Shown here: piece by piece, positions 48,343 through 60,949 of the stretch
Layout: every line of letters begins with the position of its first letter
How positions within the stretch are numbered: position 1 is the stretch's first letter
Assembly (NCBI GenBank): GCA_951406725.2
Contig: OX597820.1
Span: 60,202,001 to 60,266,000, forward strand
DNA length: 64,000 bases
Direction of reading: 5' to 3'
From: Octopus vulgaris
Taxonomy: Eukaryota
Notes under the pieces: model-generated
Databases searched by the model: none
What the model was told of the DNA's origin: nothing
What the model saw: only the letters and a program-made list of their open reading frames with translations
Program-made: the position numbers and the translations under genes

Positions 48343-48769
48343 CTGGGGGAATATGAACAGAATATCATTTACTTTTTAATTATGCAAAAAAATATATTAA
48401 TATTTCAATTTTGTTGTTCATTTATTGCTAAATTTAACAGACAATTATATTAGCACCAATTTGTTCATTTATACGTTTTAGTTGTTGAACTGTGACCATG
48501 CTGGAGCACTTGCTTCAACAGTTCCAGTCATATTGACAATATGGTTTCAGATTCAGCTCCAATGTGTGGCACCTTGGACAAGTACTATTGTCCTGGGCTA
48601 ACCAAAGCCTTGTGAGTGGATTTTGTAAATAGAAACCAAAAAAGGGTAATTTATTAAGCATCTAAAAAAGGTTAAGATAGTGAATCCCCTACAGAAAATT
48701 CTGAGTGAGGGACCCTAAAACAGATATGTATGGTTATACTTAACCAATATTTGGTATCCCCTGTGGTTC

Positions 48770-49287
48770 CATTCTCAAGTATAGTCTGCTCTTGAGTATA
48801 ATACACAGGGGATTTTTAGGGGGCTGTACCCCTGAAAATCTTAAACCTTGTGTATAATATGCACCCCTTCTCTAACTTGAGTCGTGCATAATTAAGCCAG
48901 CAGCACCTAGTTGAACAAATACTTCCGTGCATGCGTAATACAATAATGGTGATGTTCTTAACTGTTATATGGGAATGTAAATATGTTTGCAAATTGTTTT
49001 TGTTACATGTTATTCTGTGTTCTGAATACTTTTATTTTAATAAATGTTGCTTACTGCAAGTTATGGATGATTCTTTTATGACTTCATTGCTTTCAGGCTT
49101 AGCTTAAGGTATTTTCGTGCCTGACATCACAAAATGCGTCTGAATAAACATTGCCGGACAGCAAATAGAGACTCAGACATTGCTTAGAAAATATTTTTCA
49201 TTTTTAATCTCATATATAGTATGCACTAGGGATTTTATCCTTTAAATTTTGGGGGAAAAAATGCGGATTATACTCAAGGATTTACAG
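48770..49287. mobile_element. Tc2/pogo-like non-autonomous DNA transposon remnant
   Basis: Right end TGCGGATTATACTCAAGGATTTACAG+TA. The left side has repeated GAGTATAAT..GCA motifs in the opposite orientation. Confidence 0.55.
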
Positions 49288-50118
49288 TAAGTAAATGTAT
49301 TTTTTATGATTCAGTTGACTTCAAATCCTTCCTTAGTTCACATTTATTTAGTGAGTCCTTTACTACAATATATTTTATCATCTTCTGTCTTATTCTATTT
49401 TTTTATCACCATTGTTGATAGATGGTCATGTTATGAATGGCTTGACTTTTAGGAAGGAATTAATTTGATTCTGAATCGCTTTTATCTATCCATCCATCCT
49501 TAGTATATTTCTGTATCATATCCTTGACACAAAAACATATCAGCACAGATGGCTTGTTTTCTTTGATTTTCTCATACAACCAACTTTTCAATGCAGGCCC
49601 AGCTTCTGCAAGTACATTATTAACCCTTTCCCCTACTCATCATTAATTCTGACATTGTAGGTCAACATTTTCAAACTTCCGCTGCAGATCTCAAGCTTTT
49701 AGACTTCTATAAATGATAACACAAAATCTCATGCCCCAATACGAATGTACTGATGGATGTTAACTGGCATGGAAGAATGCTGGTGCTATGATAAAATTGC
49801 CTGAGATCATGCAGTAAAGTGATAGGTGATAGAAAGATGTCAGTTTTAAAAACCATGCAAATAAGAAAAGCATGAGGTTATCTGCTTTATACTTCCAGTA
49901 AGGATGGCCAAAGAACTCATACTTCTATTTTCCCATACTCCAAAAGAAATGAATAGACTGAAATAACATAGGCTACAAAGGTGCTTTAGTGGTAGTGGTC
50001 TAATCAAATGCGGCCAGTCCAAAGTACAAAATGGTTGGTGACAAGAAGGGTGTCATATCAAGAACTCTTGTTATGATGTACACATGACATATGCAAAAAG
50101 ATAAGCTAATTATATAAA

Positions 50119-50497
50119 TAGGCACAGGAGTGGCTGTGTGGTAAGTAGCTTGCTTACAAACCACATGGTTCCGGGTTCAGTCCCACTGCGTGATACCTTG
50201 GGCAAGTGTCTTCTACTATAGCCTCGGGCCGACCAAAGCCTTGTGAGTGGATTTGGTAGGCGGAAAGTGAAAGAAGCCCGTCGTATATATGTATATGTAT
50301 GTGTGTGTCTGTGTTTGTCCCCCCAACATCGCATGACAACTGATGCTGGTGTGTTTACGTCCCTGTAACTTAGGGGTTCGGCAAAAGAGACCGATAGAAT
50401 AAGTACTGGGCTTACAAAGAATAAGTCCTGGGGTCGATTTCCTCGACTAAAGGTGGTGCTCCAGCATGGCCACAGTCAAATGACTGAAACAAGTAAG
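50119..50497 (+). mobile_element. Family B SINE (intronic)
   Basis: Full-length match. Further fragments at about 45955(-), 53240(-), 56370(+) and 58230(+). Confidence 0.9.
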
Positions 50498-51060
50498 AGT
50501 ATATGCAACACAAAAACATCGAAGTTTGCTACACATGATATATACAACAGCAAAGTTAGCTAATTATTCTCTGTAGTTGCATGTGCACCAGATAATTAGT
50601 GGTGAGGTGTTTTGAGATCTGTCAAACTCACAAACAGCAGGGGATAAAAAAAGGGTAAACCCAACATAGATGTAAAATGAAATACAATTAGGTAACCACT
50701 ACTTCATATAATCTGAAATTCATAAAAAAATATACAAATCTGTGAAGGCTAATTTGAAACAATCACATCTGGCTATAAGAGTAGAAAGATAATAACACCC
50801 AGCACACTATAAAAAGAAAATCTGAGATTAGTTGTTGATGATAATAGCAGCAGTTACAACAACAATTTAATGTCTACTTTTTCATGCTTGCATAGGTTAG
50901 ATGGAAATTTTTTATTTTGAGACAGATTTTCTATAGCTGGATGCCCTTCCTGTCATCAACCTGCACCTGTTTCCAAATAAAGTAATATTTCCCTATGGCC
51001 AGACATGTTTCTCAAGAAAGACTAGAAACGAACAGCATTACTTGTATAACAGTGATGATA

Positions 51061-51612
51061 TGGAAATATGCTGTGCTTGAGAAGACCCGACAAGCCAAGT
51101 GAGACCATAACCTTGTAGCCTAAGCCAGGGGTGTAACCAGCCCACTTATACGTACCTTCCCTTCATTGGACACTGCTTGCGAAGACCTGTTGAGGCAAGT
51201 GAAATCAGAATCGAAATCAAATTCGATGACTGGCATCTGTTCTAGTGGAGCACTAAGAGCACCATCTGAGCGTGATTGTTGCCGGAGCAGCTAACTGGTG
51301 TTCGTGCTGGTGGCACCATTTGTGCATGATCATTACCAGCGTCACCTTACTGGCACTTGTGCAGGTGACACGTAAAAAACCCCAAAAAAGCATGATTTTC
51401 CGTGACCATTGCCAGTACTGGCCCTCGTGCCAGTGACACGTAAAAGCACTCACTACACTCTGAGAGTGGTTGGCATTAGGAAGTGCATCCAGCTGTAGAA
51501 ACTCCACCAAATCAAAATTGGAGTCTGGTGCAGCCATCTGGTTTGCCAGTCCTCAGCCAAATCGTCCAACCCATGCTAGCATGGAAAGCGGACGTTAAAC
51601 GATGACGATGAC
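51061..51612 (+). mobile_element. 3' end of an RTE-like LINE: last codons plus complete 3' UTR
   Basis: WKYAVLEKTRQAK* followed by the tandem-unit UTR and a (GAT/GAC)n tail. This links the abundant tail repeat to a LINE. Confidence 0.65.
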
Positions 51613-52250
51613 TTGGTTACTATTTCTAGCAAGCTGAGCAACAACGAGGGAATTTCTTTTAAGATAATTAAAGACAGCGATGATTAATTACCATTATTTA
51701 TCTTTGAGTCATATGTAAAACAGGTTAGTCAAGCAATCACCCAGAATAATTGTATCAATTAATTTTAGCTATGGTCACATGATAAAATATACTTGGTCCA
51801 TACTATCAAACATAACAACAAAGTTGGCTGGTTTTCTCTGTTGCTGTTATGCAAGATGTTGTGGGTTGTGTTGATTCTTCAAACCCATGCTTGCATGGTA
51901 AAATAGACAGAAAATGATGAAGTTGATGATGAAGACACAGCCTTTTAAATCTTGTCATTTATATTTTTCTCTTTAAGTGTGTTACACAGAAAGAAGAATT
52001 ATTGATTTCTAATAGTGGCACACATAGCCACATATTTTGAGAAAGGATATATTTGATAAAATTAACTGCAATAATTGACTGATACTTTTTTTTTTTATTG
52101 ATCTTGGGAAGAGGAAAGACAAAGTTGATTTACACAGGAATTGAACTCAGAAGCTAAAAGACCTATAACTAACTATTACAAGGCATTTTAGCTGTGGCTC
52201 TAATGATTGTGCCAATCCATGCAGGGATATGAATTATTGATAAGACAAAC

Positions 52251-52433
52251 CTTTAAATCTTTCAGCTGACTTACACACTCTTTCATATGACCAGATTGTG
52301 GATTTAGAGTGAAATCCGAGATCTCAGTGCTAGCATCAACAGAAACTGAATGAGGTCCATCTTGTCTGTACTTTAATAGATTCTTTGCAGCAAAAACAAC
52401 ACCTTCTTGTAGAATATTATCCACTGAAAATAC
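52251..52433 (-). CDS. BRCA2: BRCA2-like exon (183 nt, OB3 C-terminal half)
   Basis: TTTTATATTAG|GTA...AAG|GTTTGT. Encodes VFSVDNILQEGVVFAAKNLL...ISDFTLNPQSGHMKECVSQLKDLK; compare human DIIKPHMLIAASNL...[21 protein letters not shown]. Confidence 0.85.
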
Positions 52434-52857
52434 CTAATATAAAAGAATATGAATAATATAAATTATGTTATTTCAGTCAAAGAATAAATAATATTGATAT
52501 TATTTAAATATTGGCAGAATTTTAATATTCACAGAATGTGTTACTCAAGAAATAAGTGCAGATGTGTAACTTTGGGCAAGTTTTCTATGATATGAACAAA
52601 TCTTCGTGTGTGGATGTGGCAGACAGAAATTGAAAGACGCTTGTCATGTACATATATATCTATATGAGTGTGTGTGTATATGCCTCCTTGTCTTAACATT
52701 GTATGACAATTATAAAATGATTGTATGACAAATGACTGTCATGAAAACAAGTGAGGGTTGGCAACAGGAAGGGCATCTGATCAAAATCTGCCCCAATAAA
52801 CTCCACCCAATGCATGCAAGCATGGAAAGGTGGATGTCAAACTGACATATATATATA

Positions 52858-53235
52858 TGGCACATGAAAAGCACCAACTGAATGTGGCCGCTGCCAGCGC
52901 TGCCTTGGCTGGTTTCTGTGCTGGTGGCATGTACAAAGCACCAACCAAACATGGCCTATGCCAGTGCCACCTTGACTGGCTTCTGTGCCGGTGGCACGTA
53001 AAAAGCACCAACCAATCGTGACTGCTGCCAGCCTCCCCTGGTATCTGTGCCGGTGGCACATAAAAAGCACCCACTACACTCACAGAGTGGTTGGTGTTAG
53101 GAAGGGCATCCAGCTGTAGAAACACTGTCAGATCAGACTGGAGCCTGGTGCAGCCTCCTGGTTTCCCAGATCCTGGTCGAACCGTTCAACCCGTGCTAGC
53201 ATGGAAAACGGACGTTAAACAATGATGATGATGAT
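52858..53235 (+). mobile_element. LINE 3'-UTR repeat with four tandem structured units
   Basis: GTGCCGGTGGCACGTAAAAAGCACC-type units at about 52858 (partial), 52917, 52984 and 53046. Confidence 0.8.
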
Positions 53236-53519
53236 AAAATAGGCTTCTTTCAGTTTCCATCTACCAAATCCATTCACAAGGCTTTGGTTGGCCTGAGGCT
53301 ATAGTAGAAGACACTTTCCCACGCTGTGGGACTGAACCCGGAACCATATGGTTGGTAAGCAAGCTACTTACCACACAGCCACTCTTAGAATTTTTAGCAA
53401 AATACTATTTGCTTCTCTGATTGTTGCAAAATGTGATATCTTTTTATTTAGTAACATATTCATTAAACTGAATAAATCTTACTATACTGTTGCAATGAAA
53501 GAAAAAAAAAATGCTCACA

Positions 53520-54430
53520 GACTGTAAAGCATCCCTCATTGCTTTCATTATTAAGTTGGCACTATATTTTATTTCTTTCTATGTGTTCCAGGGCCAGATA
53601 TCAATTCCAGTTTCACAATTGGTTAGTGTTAAATTGGTTTTGACAATACAATTGATTTCCAATCTCGATTATTTGCAGTCATTGCATGATAACATACTGC
53701 AACGATTCCAAGATTTCATTGCATTGTCTGTTCTGGTTTTGTACAGCTACCTGTTTGAAGTCCAAGTAATCATTTGTGAATATGATGTGTGAGAATAGTT
53801 CACAGAGTTACAAGATCACAATGATGCTATAAGAATACAATATTGGTTTCATGGAAAACAAAGCTGTGACATCCAAAGTACACTGAATTCTCACCCCAAT
53901 CTGTGAAAACACTTCAAGCGAATTTTTCCTGCCTTGTCAACATTCTCCTTGGTAGGGTGTCTGCATTAGCTGCAGAACACCAGCTGCAAGGATTGCACTG
54001 ATATCTAAAGACAGAACATGCATACCAAACATTTGATGTAACTACTTTCTTTAAAGAATGTTTTAATGTGAAAGCTGTTTATTGTTGTTTTGTATGAGGC
54101 AATATTTTCTGTATTCTTTTGAATATTTACTATACAAGTTTAAAGTAGAAAAACTTTACAAGAATAAGTGAGGCTAAAAACGGTAAGAACAGATGTAAAC
54201 GATAGATTCCTAGACTAATTTAGAAGTTGACCTATCAGACGCACTTTTATCTCATATCTTATTTTACAATATACAGTTCTATTTATCTTTTGAATTTTCA
54301 TACTGAATTTACAAACCATTAAACTATTTTGTTGAGAGAAGAAGGAAGTTTGCTGATATGAAGACATTTAATGTCAACTCAATAGGTCAGATTGAACGAG
54401 AGCTGATGCCAATGAAGGAAAATGCAAGCA
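53520..54430 (+). mobile_element. Possible decayed hAT (Charlie/Buster-like) transposase C-terminus
   Basis: YLQSLHDNILQRFQDF...LFEVQ and fragmented downstream helices; heavily decayed. Confidence 0.45.
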
Positions 54431-55107
54431 ATGTGACCTCTGAGGGGTTAGGGAGTGAGATAGAGAAAAGAAGAAAAAAGATTAAGGAACTGATACACAA
54501 TCCAAACAGGAATTAATTACAAGTTGTTGCTCTCCTAGATAAGTAGCCTGCTTGGCAGTTTGCAAAGTCCACGTCTCATACATATATTCTACCTGGGCAA
54601 GTTTTCTATGACTGAGTACTCTTCCTATCAAAAACTGGTTCATATTGTGTACTGACTGCATTAAACCATATCACTGTCAGTAGAGAAGTATAAGAAGGTA
54701 CCATCTACTTTGTATCAGTTGTTATTAGAAGTTACTGTCCTATTAGGCAGGTAGCCTGCATTACAGCATGTGCTCACATCTTGCTTGTACATATGGTTAA
54801 TTGAGAGAATCATCATGTTGAGACACGGACTCTGTAAACTTCATAGTAGGTTACCTGCCTGGGAGGGTAAGAACAGATATAGGATAGAACAAGTCCTCTT
54901 AGTATGGGACCTCTGTAATGAAAAAAAAAGGAGCAAAGTTTCCTTCTCAAGTCATACCAACTCATAAGGACCCAAGTTTCCATGGCATGTATATTCCCCA
55001 CCTGGACGGAATGCCAGTCTACTGCAGGATTACTCATTTTTGCCAGCTGAGTGGACCGGAGCAATGTGAAATGAATTGTTTTAATGAAGAACACAATATG
55101 TCGCCTG

Positions 55108-55397
55108 GTTTGTTCCTTCTTGAGCCCTGCGTGGCTTATAAGGGCTCGTTTCCTGGTTTCTTTGGCGTATAGGTTACCCACTTGGACAGGACGCCAGTCT
55201 GTTGCAGGTGAGCTGCAAGATGCAGGATGAAAGAGTGAGAGAAAGTTGTGGTAAAAGAGTCAGCTGAAGTTTGCCATTACCTTCTGCTGGAGCCGTGTGG
55301 AGCTAAGGTGTTTCGCTCATAAACACACACATTGCTCGGTCTGTGATTTGAACCCGTGATCCCTCGACCGCGAGTCCGCTGCTCTAACCACAAGGCA
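55108..55397 (-). mobile_element. Family C SINE nested in a related older SINE (about 54960-55480)
   Basis: Matches the 16618 copy. Imperfect TSD AATATGTCGCCTGGT / AATATGTTACCTGGT. Confidence 0.82.
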
Positions 55398-57431
55398 AAG
55401 AATATGTTACCTGGTCCAGGAACTGAAGCCACAATCTGACAACCATGAGTCCAACACTCTAACCACTAAACCACATGCCTTCTGATTACCTCTGTAGTGC
55501 ACATGGCACAATTAAATGCATCCAATACACTCAGGTTATTAAACTACAGAAAATATGACAAGACAGAAATGAGTGAAATACAGACTCTGTAAACTGCATG
55601 GCAGGCCACTCATCAAAGAGTGCAGTGACTGATACAGGTTAGAAGGGATACTTCAGTCCTTTTTGCTGTGACAACCACACATGCTGCCTCATGAGAGGAG
55701 GATAAAAGGGTCCCCTCTACCTGGTATTAGTTTTCATTCAGAACTACTACCCTATTAGACAGGTAACCTGCAATGTGACTCTCACTGATGTAAGTCACAA
55801 TTCCTCATATGTTCCATTTTTGGTATGATTATTTGGGGAGGGGAAGTGTTATTAAGGCATTTGGCAGGGGGTGGGTTTAACTACCTAGGTTATTTGTCCT
55901 GGAGGGTAACTATATACATAGAACACTCATACGTAACCTCTCCATTCCACATCCTTATATTTCTTTCCCAAACCCCACAATAAACTTATTGTTTACATTT
56001 TTTTCATTGGTATCAACTTATGTTCAAGCTCATCCTGCCAACTGACTGAGTTTACTTCAACTTTCTTCATATCAACAGACTCCGTTCCTTTCAACGAAAC
56101 AGATTAGAGGTTTGCAAATTCAGCATGAATAACCAAAAGCTAGAGAGAATAATTGCATGTTGTGTATCAAAAATGAAAGTGTCTCTATGAGGTTGATTTC
56201 TACACTGATTAAAATCAGAGGTTCTCAACTTTGTTTGGCGTAAGCATGTTACTTCACACATATTATTTATACAATAAACTGTGTAGTAAATCAAAAGGAT
56301 ACAAAAAGTAATTGTGCTCTTGTACAAAATAAAAATGGACGGCTTTCAAGCTAAAAATGTTTTCCATAGATGTAGGCAATGTATGGTGATGAAGAAGTTT
56401 GCTTTGCAATCATGTGGCTTCAGGTTCAGTCCTATTGCATGACACCTTGGGGAAGTGAGTTCCACTGTAGTCCCAGGCTGACCAATGCCTTGTGAGTAAA
56501 TCTGGTAGACTGAAACTGTGTGAAAGCCATCATGTGTGTGTATACATATGTATGTGTGTATGTTTCTTTGTGTCTGTGTTTATTCCTCACCAGTTGACAA
56601 CCAGGATTCATTTGTTTACATTCTCATAGCTTAACAGTTCAGCAAACGAGACTAAAAGAATAAGTATCAGACTTTAAAAGAATAAAAGAAGCAAAAAAAA
56701 AAAAGTAAAGACAGATGTCAAGTTGGTGCCCCAGCATGGCAGAGTCCAAAGACTGAAACAAATAAAAAAAAAAGAAAAGGATAAAGGATTGTAGAGGTGC
56801 ATGGCTTAGTGGTTAGGGTGTTGGACTCATGATCGTAAGATTGTGGTTTTGATTCCTGGACTTGGAGTGGTTGGCATTAGGAAGAGCATCCAGCTGTAGA
56901 AGCTCTGCCAGATCAAGATTGGAGCCTGGTGCAGCTGTCTGGTTTGCAGTCCTCAGTCAAATCGTCCAACCCATGCTAGCATGGAAAGCAGACATTAAAC
57001 GATGATGATGATGATGATGGACTGGGTGATGCATTGTATTCTTGAACAAAACACTTCATTTCCTGTTGCTCCAGTCAGTAAAAATGGTAAAACTCAGTTG
57101 GTAAAAATGGGTAGTCCATGATGGACCAGCGTCCCATGCAGGGAGGGGCATATACATCAGAAAAACCAGGAAACCAACCCTATGGTCCTCAGAGAGTAAT
57201 GTGGACTAACCATATAATGTAAAGTACCAACATGAAATGTTTGGTACAAGTATAGCGTTCAAACTGTACGATAAATGTAACACAAAAGTTTGTGAATTCT
57301 CTCTTGCTGCATGGGCAAGATAATGTGAATCATTACAATCCATCCAACCCATGCCAGCATCGAAAAATGGACGTATGATGATGACGATGATGAAGAATAC
57401 AAAACGATTGAAAGACGATATTAATTTTTAC

Positions 57432-57510
57432 CTGCATATAACCCCAGAAACAAATTGTGAAAATGTTCCCTTCAACATCAACTGCATGTAACTGTTCAAG
57501 TTTATGTTGG
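57432..57510 (-). CDS. BRCA2: BRCA2-like exon (79 nt, OB3 strands)
   Basis: TTTTATACTTTCAG|C...CAG|GTAAAA. Encodes QHKLEQLHAVDVEGNIFTICFWGYMQ; compare human VYLSDECYNLLAIKFW. Upstream exons were not found in the window. Confidence 0.82.
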
Positions 57511-58429
57511 CTGAAAGTATAAAAAAAACACTTAAGAATTTCTTTATTATGAGTGTGAGAATGTATTAAATAAATAAATAAATATAAGAGAAAGAGAGAG
57601 AGAGAGAGAGTAAAGTGGGTGACTAGAAGTAAGGAGTTAGGGATGAATACAGCAATGGTGTCCTTGAGCAAACAGCTAATGCAAGGGAGACAATAAATAT
57701 TTCATAGCGTTTGGTGGGATAAGAAGTTTGAATTTGAAATTAAGGAATAAAAGAAATAGACATATAGTGGAGTCTGGTGCAGCCCCTCAGCTTATCAGCC
57801 CTGGTCAAACTATCCAACCCATTCCAGCATGGACAACAAATATTAAATTATGATGATGATGATGATGAAGAGAACACACAGTAATGAAGTCCTTAAAATT
57901 TCTAGTCAGTGGTAATCATGTATAGCACTATTTTATTCTTTTTAAAAATCATCAGCATGACATAATCCAAGATATATTTAATCAAACATTAAATGAAATG
58001 AGATATTTGGTTATGGATGGAAAATAATGACAGCTGGGAAAAAATTCATTGAATGTGTGGGTTTCTTTTTTTTTTTTTATAAGCAGACAGAAAAAGGAAA
58101 GGATATTGTAATCATTCTGACATGAAAATAAATAGTAGGGTTTAGAGAGTAGTGGCATGATAGTCATATAAACATAGAATAATTTAACAAAAAAAGTTTT
58201 AAAACAACCATCAACAATATCAAATGTAAGGTCTGTGTGGTTAAGAAGCTTTCTTTCCTACTATGTGGTTTCAAGTTTAGTCACACTGCATGGTCTTTTG
58301 GGTAAGAGCCTTCAATTAAAATCTAAGGCCAAACAAAGACTTGTGAGTAGATTTAGTACATGAAAAAAGCCTGCCTGCCATCCATCTATATATATATACA
58401 TTTTTTTATGGACCAAGATATTCCTGATG

Positions 58430-59385
58430 GACATAGAAGGTGTGTCATCTCAGGATGGACATATGATGAAAACAGGTCAACACTGAAAGGATACCTGGAT
58501 CCTGATGAACCAGATCTTCAATACCCAAACCATCACCACAAGTGTAACATGGAGTGAGACTGGGTTGCACCTTGTTTCTGATTGTGATTGGTTTCATCAA
58601 ATGGAAAGCAATGAATAGCCCCAATTTTGGGATGATGTGGGGACTAATGGATTTGGATTTCACAGATGATTTGGCATTATTAAACTGCAGCAAAGATATG
58701 CTATGTATCAGTGCTGAAAAGACCAAAGCCATGTCAACTGGTGGAACCCAAGCAAAACTTGTCAGTCTTGGATAAGATGAAAATGAGTGTGTTGATAAGT
58801 TTACATATCTTAGAATTTGTATTTCCAACGACTGTGATGCAGAAGTTGACCAGGATAGGTAAAGCAACGTCAGTATTCGAATGCCTTTGTCCAATATGGA
58901 GATCAAAAACCACCAACAAGAAGATAAAGTTGCAGGTATACTCATCTATTTTTTATACCAATGGCCATTTACATCTGTAAATCCTGGAAGAAGGCAACAC
59001 AGATTTCAATTGCTGGAAATGTTCCATTGATCCTGCCTACATTCAATTCTGGAATTCTCTTATCAGGACAAAGTGAGAAACAAAGAAGAGATGAAAAGAG
59101 CTGGTATGTGAAGTTTACAGGACATGGTAACTAAGTGACAAATATGGTTTATTGGCCATGTGCTTTGAATACTGTAGGAGAGAGACATTCTACCATTGTG
59201 ATGGAGTGGATGCTGGAAGGAGGTAAAAGAACAAGGGGAAGACCAAAAAGATATGGCACAGTACATTCTGGGATGAGGTGATAATGATGTGCATAGGCTT
59301 GAGTGGAGCCAGGAAGAAAGTGAACAATTGGGATGTTTGAAGAAGGCTCGTTGCTTGTTGTGCTGACAACACTGGAGGATCTAAA
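58430..59385 (+). mobile_element. Decayed RTE-like LINE RT and C-terminus
   Basis: GVRLGCTLFLIVI, DLDFTDDLALL, RIGKATSVF, KIKLQVYSSI. Confidence 0.8.
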
Positions 59386-60192
59386 AGCTAAAAGTCAGTA
59401 AGGGTGGGGTGTGTCTGCCTGTATGTCTTTGTCTTTGGCATCACACGATGGTTGTAAATGAGCTACCATCATCACACAAGCAATGTTGTTCATTTCTAAT
59501 CTTCCATGAAAACATGTCTGGCTATGAGGAAATATTACTTTGCTAGGAACTAGGTGAAGGCATCTAGCTTCAATGAATTTTCTTGAACCCATGCAAGCAT
59601 GCCAAAGTGGATGTTAAAACAGTGATGAAATATTGATGACGATGATGATGATTCTATTGTAAATGACCTCAAGGAAATGGTAATCATAAAAATGGAGCCA
59701 GAATGGCAGAAAAGGTAAAATTAGAAATATCAAGAAAATGTTGTTAGCATGGTTCAATGTAGTAGGCCAGGAAATTAAAATTTATTGAAAACTGCAACTT
59801 TACTGATAAGAACAAATCATTATCTGAATACTAATTCTGGTGATAAAAACCTAATAGAGACTAACTAAGAATGTTAATCAAACATGGAATGCAGCAAGGG
59901 ATAAGTGTTGGTCTGTCTGTCTGTCTCTCTCTCTATATATACAGATGCACACACAGATATATATATGTGTGTGTGTGACTGCGTGTGCATCGTTGGCGAT
60001 TTTCTTTCTCTGTTTTCCCTTCCTTGGATCTTTCCTTTTTCTATGTTTCTAATGAAGAGCTCTGCTCGAAACGTTACATCCTCCTTCTTTCTTTCCTTTC
60101 CTGAGCGTCCAATAACACTAAACTTGTTCCACATCCTCATGTTGTTGTGTTTTCTCTTTGTTCATGTTTGGATTAACTATACATATATATAC

Positions 60193-60382
60193 AAATGAGT
60201 AACAAAGATGTACAGGTGTCAATTCATTACGGCCGTTTCAAGCAACTCCTTTAATTGATTAATGAAAACATTACATCATTTGAAAGAAACCGTTCTAATC
60301 AGATGACCATATAGACTTCAAATATAAGGGATACAACTATTTCCTTAACATATTCAATTCAATAATGGAACTCAAAATATTT
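60193..60382 (-). repeat. Left arm of a ~190-bp inverted repeat; Penelope-like terminus with decayed hammerhead
   Basis: Reverse complement of 62334-62528. The minus strand reads CAU CUGAUUA-long stem II-GAAA CGGCCG UA AUG. Confidence 0.8.
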
Positions 60383-60949
60383 ACATAGTGTTTTTTTTTT
60401 GTCATATCTGTGGCAGAATGAGTTTAGAAAATAATGCACACCTTGTTAAGTCTACTATAATTTGGAGAGTAGCAGAGGAAATAGTGGGGGTGACCTAGTT
60501 ACTTACATTTAGAAGACTTTATGTAGAATGTAGTCTTCAACCATTTAGAATTATATCCATTAGAGTTGTCAACTGTATTCTAGTTAATAGTGATAAATCA
60601 ATTAATGTCAGACAATTTGCTAGACTCTCAATGTACGGGGGGGGGGGGAACCATACATCTAGCTTTATCTACATAAAAGGGTAGGGCGTAGGGGAATGCC
60701 TGGTGGGAAAAGGGGTGGTAATTGGAAGAAAGAAGGATAGGGACAGCCAATACTTATTTTGATTATCATATTAAAGGGGAATATAATGAAAAAACAAAAG
60801 GATAAGTAATATAGACTTTAGGGATGACATTTAGAACTGAAGGATAAGGGAAATACTAAAATATAACTTAGTAAATTTATAATATTAAAGTGAGAAAATC
60901 AATGGTGAAAGAACAACAGATTTACTAAATAATAAGAAGCAAAGCAAAG

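Noticed and set aside
52858-53071. CRISPR-like repeat-spacer appearance
   Set aside because: Eukaryotic context, degenerate units, no cas genes, and the array is part of a dispersed LINE 3' UTR.
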